Shown piece by piece: positions 16,453 to 27,302 of a stretch of DNA of 64,000 nucleotides. Under the pieces are notes generated by a model. That model did no database searches. It worked only from the letters and a program-made list of their open reading frames with translations, and was not told the origin of the DNA. The stretch spans positions 38,874,001 to 38,938,000 of the forward strand of contig CM022665.1 of assembly GCA_012295275.1 (NCBI GenBank), written 5' to 3'. Both the position numbers and the translations under genes were made by a program. Each line of letters opens with the position of its first letter. The first letter of the stretch is position 1. The stretch comes from Chrysomallon squamiferum (taxonomy: Eukaryota; Animalia; Mollusca).

Positions 16453-16757
16453 GTGATACTTGCATTTTGCTTAGATATACAAGTAAACGCAGCTGGAATA
16501 CTGGAGCAGTTAAATTCGTTATCTGTTTTCTTTTAGAAACAGAAAACTTTATAAAACAAAATTAAATATTTCGTTCGGAATCCAAGTACATGATTACGTA
16601 AATTTATTAAGCCAGTTAAAATCCCTGAAAAGCTCTTTATATAAAATATTGCTTCAATTTTTCAAACAAGTACGATAACACAAATCAGAAACCTTTATTT
16701 TAATACGTTTGCAGCAATTAATACTGTTATCCAAATTTTTTTGTTGTTGTTGTTGAT

Positions 16758-16963
16758 GGGGGTAGCTTCTTGGGTAGAATATATTTATGATTCGTTCTGT
16801 TCTTACGATAAATAAATTAAATAGTTTAAAATAAATTTCTGTTGCTGTTGTTGTCGTTGTTGGATATTTTGTTGTTTTTGTTTTTGTTTTTGTTGTTTTT
16901 TGTTTTTGTTTTTTTGTTGGGGGGTAGCTTCTTGGGTAGAATATATTTATGATTCGTTCTGTT
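16758..16963 (+). repeat. 44-bp direct repeat, two copies 162 bp apart
   Basis: GGGGGTAGCTTCTTGGGTAGAATATATTTATGATTCGTTCTGTT at 16758-16801 and 16920-16963, each preceded by a (TTG)/T-rich tract. Confidence 0.9.
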
Positions 16964-18955
16964 GTACGAGAATTATGAAATCAAATAAATTACCACTGTA
17001 TAGCGCAACATATTTTTTTTGTATTAGTTTATCATTAATTTAAAAACAAAATTCTAGTCTAACGTCTTATCGAAATTATGATTTTAGCAGAAGATTGTGA
17101 TTTTGAGTTTTTAACATGGTAATGTATGAAAGAAAATCATTTAATTTAAAACATTTAACTACTTCAGATTTGTTATGCAATTTTTGTCAACCTATAACTT
17201 TAAATTTCTTTTCTGATGCAAATGTATGAAAACGATTTCATGATCAATAAATATTTCTTTGGCGAAAATTAACAGCGAGGCCTGTTACCTGTAAAATTAG
17301 ATAGACCTTGCTCTGTGTAAATAATGTTTTCCTTAATACCGAGAATGACTTGCAGAAAGATATAACCAAACAATGTTTTGTTTTTGTTCGGTATATTGGA
17401 TATACGTTTAATAATCTTTTCTGAGGGGTGCTAATAGTTTACACTGTCACGTTTGTATTTGGATTTATTTAGCAAGTCTATATAAGGTTTTATTCACCTG
17501 AATAAACAGCGGGTGTTGTTTGAGTTGAAATGTTTTCTTTGTTATATGCAAACACGGGTTGGTCTTGGTACCAATAAAAATAATATTGTTGCACCGATCG
17601 CCCTTTTTTTTCCGCTCGCTTTCTATTTTCTTTCTTTTTTCCCATTTTTTTATATTTTTTTTCACAAGTGGCATAAAAGGGTTTGTCTTGTTATCCACAT
17701 ACCCACCATATGTGACCGGTCTCACGCGAACAGAAAGAATCGTTCGCAAAAATCAGCGCTCTGTGCAATTAGCATGTCATATTATTTCTAACCACAATCC
17801 ACAATCGCCGACATATTTTCCATAAGCCGCATTGTAATGCAACAAAAGATGAATAACAACAACAGCAAAAAAGATTATATGCGTCTCATCACCGGATCGA
17901 AATGAGAATGTTTTTTCTAATCTAAAAGGTTTGAAATATTCAAAGAATTACTTTTCCGGCTGCTTGGTTTTCACAACAACCCAAAACGGTTTGTATCGAT
18001 ATCAGGTGAGAGAAAAAAAAAAAAAAACCCACACACAGAATCATTCGTCGGTTGTGATTTTTTGACATGGAAAATTGTTCTGCATTCAATTTTCTTAAAG
18101 AGGAAACGATTTTGCCGGTTGCTTTCTCAAAAAGACTGATCAATGGTACGCCCAGAAATACACATTTTATTGTCTTTTGTGGTAAGCCCATTAATGGCGT
18201 GCGTCGATTTTTTCTAAAGAACCCTTACCACTAGCGTTTCTTTTTACACAATCTTTCTTCTTAATTTTCGTTTCTATTTTTTTTTTTTTTTTTTTTTTTT
18301 TTCTTCCTTTTGACATGTTTTTACAAGAGATGGATAGAGTCTTAACTAACACTTGTGCGGTAACACTGAACCGGTGCAAGTGCCGCAAAGTACCTGCCAG
18401 TGGCACACTAGATTAGTTAGGCAAACTAAACACACTCTCATCAGGCATATAAATGGAGTTGGTAAATAACTTAGAGGGAAAATCAAAACAAAATGCGAAG
18501 AATAAGTTGCTGGTATGAACACACATAACAAACACAAGTTTCAGTCTTGTTCCTTCTTCGGGAAATGTTGAGTAGTGCTCAGCAGTTTTTCTCACAAAGT
18601 ATACGTTATCGATAAAGCAGACGAAAAGAAAAAAATCGCAACAAAAAACCCAGTATGTATCATTCGCAATATTATTTTTTCTGATGCTTTAATGGTGCAC
18701 TTCAGCACGATGTTGTCGTTTTTCTTTTTGAAATCAATATTTGTCTTTTAAAGTTTAAGCAAACATATAAACTTTTTTCTCTCTCTCCAAGTACAGAACT
18801 GTACACGTGTAGTGCTTAAAAAGTAACTTTTTTTGTTCAAAAAAGTTTTTTTTAAAAAAAAGAAGACTTTTAATAGTAAAAAAAGCATTATTGGAAATCG
18901 CTGTGATATTTACTGTTTAATGGATTTTAGATTTTTGTTTCTTTTCTTCTTTAAT

Positions 18956-18989
<34 letters not shown>

Positions 18990-19120
18990 GCGAAAAATAA
19001 GAAACGAATGAAGGAATATAATCATTAATAGTAGCAATGATCTGATATTCTGTCATCAGTTATGGATAAATCTGAAAGTGTAACATATGCTGATACCATT
19101 ATTATTATTATTATTATTGA

Positions 19121-19161
<41 letters not shown>

Positions 19162-20605
19162 CGACTTTTCGTCGCTACTGACATTAAAAATCATTTCAAA
19201 TGAAAAAAACAAAAAAACAAAGAATTAATCAAATTATAATAATAATAAAATAATAATAGCAACAAAAGCAGCAACAATAACCGTATATTTTTAATCTAAA
19301 AGAATAATCCTATTATGCTACATATATATATATATTTTTTTTCAATAGCTAACAATTAATAGCTTCTTGTACAGAAATTGTTCAGTATACTTAACAGAAA
19401 GAAAGAGAACTTGATTATCTCTTGAACAGTATATGTTTCTATTGTCTATTTGAATAGCATTTTCAACTGTGTCAAATCGTGTTAACTTCATTATGTTTAT
19501 AGAGATACCATTCAAATAGCAACTGGTTAACTAGAATGTTCTTATTAATATGACAGACTTCAATGCGTTTTATTGTTGTTATTATTAATAGTAGTATTAC
19601 TGCTACTACTAGTTCTATAACTACTATTATTACTACTACCTCATTTATTATCATTATCTTTATTACCGTCGTCATTATCATCATCATCATCATCATCATT
19701 ATTATTATGTATATGTATATGTATATGTATATGGTTTTGTTTCTATTCTTTATATGGTATATGTGTGGGGACAGTTTCGGAGTCGCATATGTTTGTTTAT
19801 ATTTATGTGCATTTCTAAATCACTTAACACTTTATAAGATTAATAATATGATGTTTTTAAACTTGTATTTTTCAGATCATAAATATAAGAAACTGTTCCG
19901 GATTATATATAAACAGACAGACAGTCAGACAGACAGACAGACAGTCTGACAGATAGATAGATATAGGTTGATAGCTAAAGTTTATACTGATACAATGAGA
20001 AGTGAGATTGTTAGTTAAGAAACTTCGTCTACAATAATTACTATTCTCTGCTGCTCTGAATTGCAGGTGCTGGGTGGGTACCTGACATCGGGTACTTGCT
20101 TGAAGCACCTCCGAGTGTTTAGTTTTCTTCTTTGTCTAACTTCGTGGGTCTAGTAGGTATGACTCAGGAGGTTAATTAGTACACACAGGTGTATGGAAAC
20201 AGTTTTTGCACTGTTCTTTACGAACACACTTCTTGGGTAACAGAAATTTCGATCTGGATGATCGGACAGATAGACAAGGTTTATTTATTTACCCGTCTTC
20301 TTTTTTGTGTAACTTGAAAATAAAATTGCATATGGGTAATGCAGTGTTCCGTACGAACCGAACCTGAATAGTTATGAGAGTCTTTTAGAGTAAAAGAAAA
20401 GCTTTTAGAAATATTACAAGCGTTTTTGTACGTGCAAGAAATGGTATCGGGACTTCAAGCCATTTTGACACATGGATAATTTACATGACCAATTTATTTT
20501 GGATGTTTAATTTTGTCGAATAACAAAATGAGTCTGTTAAAGTATGAACTGTTGTATGGTTAAAATCTTTTCACTCTGCGCGTTATATATATATATATAC
20601 GTATG

Positions 20606-20644
<39 letters not shown>

Positions 20645-20826
20645 TGTCAGTGTGTGTGTTTTTGTGTAAGAGGTCAGCATATAAACAACAACAGAAAGAG
20701 AAAACTATTGTTGTTTGGTTGATTTTTTCTTTTCTTTTTTAAATTTATTTATTAATTCATTTATTTATTTAATTATTTAATTTTTATTTTTTTTTTATTT
20801 TTATTTTTATTTTTATTTTTATTTTT

Positions 20827-20830
<4 letters not shown>

Positions 20831-20876
<46 letters not shown>
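20831..20876. repeat. (GT)n microsatellite
   Basis: Direct reading. Confidence 0.95.
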
Positions 20877-20879
<3 letters not shown>

Positions 20880-21826
20880 ATGTTTGTTTTTGTTGTCTTA
20901 ACGAGTTATGATAAAGTTATTAAATTTTCTATTTTGTGAACACCACTGTCATTTCATAATAACAAATGATGGCAATAAATCTGCCAACTCTCAAAAACTG
21001 ACAGCGAAATAATTTAACAGCACGAGTTTTAGAATGACTTGGCAAGTTCGTAGGTACCATAATATTAACTGTTTATGATGTTTGTAAAATCATCAACGAC
21101 TGTTTTATATAAAAAAGATTTTTTTTGTTGTTGTTATTTCTTAAAATAATAAGGGGAGAGAAGATTTTTTTCGGAAGATTTTTTAATTTTTTTTTTTTTT
21201 ATCTTCAACAGATTTTGTAGTAATTAATGCAGCAACATGCCTCACGCATATTCCTTTGACTTGTCTGGATCGACTTTCAAACGTTACTACATTAATTTAT
21301 TAGAAGATAATTTAGCATAATTTATAATGGTGTCTGGATCAAAATGAGTGAGAGAATGAGTGGGTGCGAGCGAACGGAATGAGTAGATGAGTGAATGAAT
21401 GAGTGTATTCTTGTGTGAGCATATTTGATTTGTTGAAAGGTTAGAATCGGTACTGAGATCCAAGCGCAATACGAATGAAATATATTTTAAACTTTGACAC
21501 GTTGTAAAGTTTGCTAATTATAAATCTTTACGGAGGGAAATATTTTCCTGTCAGTTCTACCAAATCGTAAACATTAGTAATGGACGTGAGATTACGTCAT
21601 TTTTTTTTTTTTTTTATTAATCATTTTAATGTGTAATAACTTACGTGTCCGTGTTCAGTTTGTTCTAAGTACTTCCCTGTACGTAATCCTACAGTTTACG
21701 AGAATAAAGTTAACTGGCATGAGTGTAACTAAACGAATTCATGTGTTGAATAACTTTTTTAATTACGTAAACATAACGTAGGTTGTTAGGTTTCAAATAA
21801 AATGAAAATACATAAATTAATCATTA

Positions 21827-21830
21827 GTGT

Positions 21831-21895
<65 letters not shown>

Positions 21896-21903
21896 TGTGT
21901 GTG
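21827..21903. repeat. (GT)n microsatellite
   Basis: Direct reading. Confidence 0.95.
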
Positions 21904-22094
21904 CCGTGCGTTTTATTTCTTGGTATTCTTTGCTTATGTTTATGATACTGTGTGTGCGTTTCAAATAAACATACAAGATTTTTCTTAGTTTATAGATTGT
22001 ATTCTTTATGTCTGTACTTTTGCTTGCCTGCATGTTATTTCTTACCCAGATTCTTTATTTCTTTAAATTGTGTTTGTGTATGTGTGTATATATG

Positions 22095-22126
<32 letters not shown>

Positions 22127-22267
22127 TATATACATATTTATATATATATATACACACACACATATATACATATTTTTTTAATGAACGTACATCTTTTTTG
22201 TAATTAACGTATTTCAAATCAGATTTTAAAATATTTGTATGGGCCCATTCATTGCATACAACAACAA

Positions 22268-22314
<47 letters not shown>

Positions 22315-22723
22315 AATATTAATCATGCTCCTGGTACTGCCCACAACTACCCGCATGTCATAAATATATTACAGCCGTGTCTATCTGTGTAATTTCCTAT
22401 TTTATGTTCCACTGTCGCTGGCTAGTCCCGTGCCATAAAGATTTATCGACGCAATATTTTAGTCACTCGCAATATAGATATCAAACCTGATAAAATTTAT
22501 GTCATGTAATCAGAAGTGGTGGTTGTAAATTTTCACAGAATATCAGTTATACGGAGAGGCGTGAGAAATCGGGAGACTGGTGAATTGACTGGATGTTTAT
22601 GTTTTGGTACACAGAGATTTCAGTGAAAGGTAAAGGCGAGTTTCATAAGCAGAGAGTGGAAGACGGAGAAACATTAGACTGACATGGATCACGAAACATA
22701 CAGATTCATTGAAGGATCAACTG

Positions 22724-22756
22724 ACGGACGGATCGCTGGATGGACGGATGGATCGC

Positions 22757-22791
<35 letters not shown>

Positions 22792-22816
22792 ATGGATGGA
22801 TGGATGGATGGATGGA
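22724..22816. repeat. (GGAT)n/(GGAC) microsatellite
   Basis: Direct reading; explains the MDGW-repeat ORF 22684-22866. Confidence 0.9.
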
Positions 22817-23108
22817 GAGATGAAGGGAGGGGTGCGTGTATGGATGGACGGATGGTGAATTATTAGCACATTTGTACAAACAGCGAAATTACCAAAGCAA
22901 TATATCAGTCATAATGAAAACGAAATTAATTTTTGAATACATTTATACTGTAACAGACTTTACCTTTTTGGTATCACTTACCTGTTACCTGCAGATGATC
23001 AAATATATCATCCGAGTCCGCTAAACATGTTTATTTTTAAACTGTTAAGTTTTAACTGATGAATCACCATGCAGTGTCTGAACCAACAAAATGCAGAAAG
23101 ATGATATC

Positions 23109-23152
<44 letters not shown>

Positions 23153-23938
23153 ACAAAGATATCATTCTAAGAAAATCAATTTAAAAAATATTATTTTTTT
23201 TATGATGGCTGGGCGTGTCAGTCTTACTGACGTATAATTTTTTTATTTATAATTTGTAATACATACTAATGTCACCATCAGCTTCACTGCAGCTAACGCC
23301 AACGTCTTCTACTAGTGGTGCCACTAAGCTGCTACTAAGCTACTACTACTAGTACTTCTAAATTACTACAGTTAGCCTACTAACACCGCCAATATTACTA
23401 TTTATTTCTACCATTATAATTGTTTCAGTAAACACTACTACGTCTTTGGCTGTCACTGTTACTACAAGTTAATATTTTGATATTGTTGTTGTCGTTGTTG
23501 TTGTTATGATTATTATTATTATTATTAATTTAGTAATAGTAGCAGTAGTAGTAATATTTGTTGTTGTTGTAGTAGTAGTGGTAGTAGAATAAGTAGTAGC
23601 AGTAGTAATAGTAGGAAAAAAAGCAGCATTTTATGTTACATTTTATCATAATATAATAATAAAAATAACAGCTGTTGTTAATATTTATTTATTTATTTAT
23701 TTATTTACTTAAAGACAAATAAATAAATAATTCTTTATTATTTTTGGTAATTATTATCATAAATCAGTAATGCCCAGAAATGTGTTTTATTTGTTTGCTA
23801 TACAAATATTTATATTAACATACTCTCAATAATTTTTATTTCATGCTACATTAACTTTGAAACCATAAACACCATTAACTAGGTTCTCTTACTGCACGAA
23901 AATTCCGTTATTTCTGGTATGAATAATATACCGCAAAC

Positions 23939-23972
<34 letters not shown>

Positions 23973-25372
23973 TTACGCGAATTCATAACGAGGCTAATTT
24001 ACCAGCCAATAAGCATCCGGACTGTGATTTAGCAGCAAGACTCGAGGCAGAGCCGCGACTATCCACGAAAAGACACGTTTATGGCCGAGCCGGGCTATTT
24101 TGAAAGAGCTTCGTAATCGTATCCTAAGTCCCATCTAGTCAACTTCAACTCTGCCTAACTGTGTCGGAGTGGACAGAAGAGCTCTCCTCAAATATCTCGA
24201 AGACATAGGTTTTATTTACCATATCATGCTATAAGCGGTCATCATGGAATCACATTTACAAATGTCAACCGCTCTTATTTTCCGCCATGATGGTGCTCCA
24301 AGTGAATGGAATGGCTGTACAACTGTGGCACTTCTACTCTCAGTTGTTGTTCAAAAGCAGATTAAGAGAGAGGATGACACAATAGAAAAGAGATTTATTT
24401 TATAAAGCGAGCTGTTTTTGTTAACAAGATTATTAATTTTTCTTAAACGGTCGTGCAAATACTTATAATTTCTTTTGTCATTTTGAGAGAAGTCAGATTT
24501 AGTCAAGTATTCTTCGTGAAAGAAAAAAGAAGAAGAAGAAGAAGAATAAAAGAGGAAGAACAAAAATAAGATTTAGGGCTTTGAAATCCTGAACTTTATG
24601 CCGCTGTGGTTATACTTACGTTTGCATGTGTATCTAAGACCACGTACGCCCCTCTTAACATGTGTGCGTATGTGTGTGTGTCCGTGTGTGCTAGCATGTG
24701 TGTGACAGAGAGAGAGAGAGAAATTCATCTTGTTGATATCAATGAAAACACGCCTCAAATTTCATTTGTCTTCACCTTTTATTGTAAAACTCAGATGAAA
24801 AGGTACACTGTATCACGACTGATAAACATTACGGTCTAGTACGAAGCTGTAAAATAATAAATAATAATAATAATAATAAAAAAATATATACTATCTTATA
24901 ACAAACTTTTAGATATCACAAAACAAAACTAATTATTGTTCAACACATATTTTAGATTAAGGAAATAATTTGGGATTCATTTAGACATTTCTGTACTGTT
25001 ATGTTCCTTTAACATTTCATTTCTTGCGAACACCATCCCGTATACTAAGCATGTTGCTGTAAAAGACTGTCACACAAACACTGACGATGTGCATTTGTAT
25101 ATGTACGTATTTTTCTCTAGCTATGTAAGTACGTATTAATATATGTATGTATGTATGTACGTATGTACGTATGTATGTATGTATTTTACTGTTCGTGATT
25201 TATATTTCATAATATTTCAAATAAATATATCATTTTAACACACGTAAATGCCACATTTATTTACATCCACGTTCTCAATGAATTGAATACAGTGTATTTG
25301 TTTCTTGCAGGTAAAGTATACACTAAGATTGAAAAAAAAACAAGAATGATTTTCTTAAAGTTGTGATATCAT

Positions 25373-25664
25373 TTTATTTTTTCCAACACTAGAATATGAT
25401 GTTCATTGACGTTTCACCTGAAAATATAAAACATCTAATGAAAGTGAAACATATCAGAAGAAAATTATAATTATGCAAAGGAAACAGAATCGTTAATAGA
25501 TAAATATGTATTATTCTTCCTCTACTGTTAATGAAACTAGTCATAAGCAATGTTGAAATTAATTATTCAGCAACTGTGTAAGTGTGCTACATTAAACTAA
25601 ACAGAATAGTAACCGATATCCTGTAAGCGCATAAAGTAACTCTGTGCAATAAATATTTCCTCAC
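25373..25664 (-). other. Copy 1: 3'-UTR intron (25418-25664) plus non-coding exon 3 with AATAAA (25373-25378)
   Basis: Minus strand TGA AAAG|GTGAGG donor; TTTTATATTTTCAG|GTGAAAC acceptor; AATAAA followed by a U-rich downstream tract; the same signals occur in all five copies. Confidence 0.75.
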
Positions 25665-25668
25665 CTTT

Positions 25669-26121
25669 TCAATATGAGTTGTATCCGCCTCCGTATTGGT
25701 TTCCATATCCTCCATATCCGCTTCCGTATCCGCTACCGTATCCGCCTCCGTATCCACCTCCGTATCCTCCGCCATATCCGCCTCCATATCCTCCCAATCC
25801 TCCTCCAAATCCTCCTTTACCTCCTCCGAAACCTCCCCATCCTCCTCCGTGTCCTCCTTTACCCCCTCCAAATCCTCCCCATCCTCCTCCGTGTCCTCCC
25901 TTACCACCTCCAAATCCTCCCCAGCCTCCTCCGTGTCCTCCTCCGAAACCGCCCCATCCACCGCCGTGTCCTCCACCGAAACCTCCCCATCCACCTTTTC
26001 CGTATCCGCCTAAACCTCCAATACCTTTTCCGTAATATCCACCAGAGTTTCCATAATAGGTTTGGCCGGCGCAGGCAACAGACAAGCAGATGGCAAGAAC
26101 GGCGAAAACAGCTTTCATCAT
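25669..26121 (-). CDS. Secreted glycine-rich (Gly/Tyr/Trp/Phe/His/Lys) structural protein, copy 1, 150 aa
   Basis: Hydrophobic signal peptide MMKAVFAVLAICLSVACA|GQ; 5x WGGFGGG(H/K) repeats; GGGY/GSGY C-terminal block; acceptor TTGTAG 9 nt before the ATG. Confidence 0.92.
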   Translation of the reverse strand: MMKAVFAVLAICLSVACAGQTYYGNSGGYYGKGIGGLGGYGKGGWGGFGGGHGGGWGGFGGGHGGGWGGFGGGKGGHGGGWGGFGGGKGGHGGGWGGFGGGKGGFGGGLGGYGGGYGGGYGGGYGGGYGSGYGSGYGGYGNQYGGGYNSY

Positions 26122-26130
26122 TGTAAAGGG

Positions 26131-26353
26131 CTACAATAAAACAAGAACAAAAATTCTAACATATATATATATTTGTTAATTTGCCTTACAGATAAATAAT
26201 CAATAAAAAATGAATAACACTTGTTTAAGCTTAAAGATATTTCATTACATTAGTAATTAAAGAAATAAGCAAAAGGCAAAGTATTGACCAGTTTACTTAC
26301 TGTGTTGGCTTCCAGAATAATTCTAATGTCTTCTCTTTTCTGCTGTATTTATA
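26131..26353 (-). promoter_or_regulatory. Copy 1: TATA box (26346-26353), short non-coding exon 1 (~26301-26327), intron 1 (26131-26300)
   Basis: Minus strand TATAAATA, then ACATTAG ~25-30 nt downstream, ACACA|GTAAGT donor and TTTTATTGTAG|CCCTTTACAATG acceptor. Confidence 0.8.
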
Positions 26354-26660
26354 CAACAAAATTTATTAATTAGATTTATCGTTAGCTCACATTATGTAAG
26401 ATTTGATTCATGGGAAACTTTGATTGATTGGAAATTCATCAATTTGCTTTGATCTCCAAATTTATTAAAGATTGATGATAATTACTATTCCGCCCAACAC
26501 CGCCTGAAAGGGAAACCACCTTTACTTTTCTCTCCGATTACGAATACATTACAAAATGCTTTCATCTGCTTTAAAAAAAACAAAACATACTAGAATGTTG
26601 TTCTAACAAATAAATTATTTTATCTGTTTTCTTGGGGTTTCTTTTTGATTTTTTCACCTT

Positions 26661-27302
26661 ATTCTAAAGGAATTATTATCATTATTTAAAATCTGTTATT
26701 TTTGTCATCATCTTGAAAGTGAAAGGTATGTTTATTCGTCAACAAGTTAAACTTAAGGTAGTGTTTGTTTTGTTCTACTGAAATAATCACAGTTCACGAC
26801 ACTGAACAGATCCATATGGAAGCACCTTTCGAGCATCAGAAGGAAAGGGTAAATTCGATGAAGTATTTGAAGGAGTCCATGAACGTTCGCGTGATGGATA
26901 CGGTGATGGATTATGGAGGCGGATACGAACGATACGGAGAAAGATGTGAACACGGAGGTCACAACTCATTCTGAAAACGTCAAGAAATTTAGGTAATAGT
27001 TACTTTTTATTGGAATGTTTTCCTCTTTTTTTAGCATCAGTAACCAGAAATGTTTTCAGATTGTAAGTAGATTTTATTTGGTCAGTAAGCTTCAGGTTAA
27101 AAATTGTCAGTTACCGACTGATGAAAGATATTCGCCAGCATATACCAATGAAACGTTTATTTTAATTAGGATAATCACCATCAGTACATTTACCTAATGT
27201 GTTAACATCTTTTATATGTTTTCATTTCTTATAATATTCAGTACTTCATAAGTATGACAAACGACAACCCAGATATTCTGGAAAAAGTGACATGTGAATA
27301 AA
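26661..27302 (+). pseudogene. Decayed head-to-head paralog of the Gly-rich gene, unit 1
   Basis: Ends YGGGYERYGERCEHGGHNSF*; AACTCATTCTGAAAACGTCAAGAAAT matches the gene end AACTCATATTGAAAAGGTGAGGAAAT; downstream acceptor-like ATATTCAG and AATAAA (27297-27302). Confidence 0.7.

Noticed and set aside
9124-20083. Similar peptides QHLQLRKAAEF (ORF 9030-9248) and QHLQFRAAEN (ORF 19872-20108)
   Set aside because: About 25 of 35 matching nucleotides with a gap is expected by chance in a 64-kb self-comparison; the match does not extend
23270-23615. (CTA)-rich tract followed by a (TAG)-rich tract, resembling a fold-back element; a similar tract occurs at ~43090-43240
   Set aside because: Only complementary low-complexity repeats; no defined terminal inverted repeats or target-site duplication
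25674-26126. Plus-strand extensin-like poly-Pro (YPPP), Ser-rich and LRI-rich ORFs over each Gly-rich gene
   Set aside because: They are antisense shadows of GGN codons; signal peptide, TATA box, splice sites and polyA signal all support the minus strand
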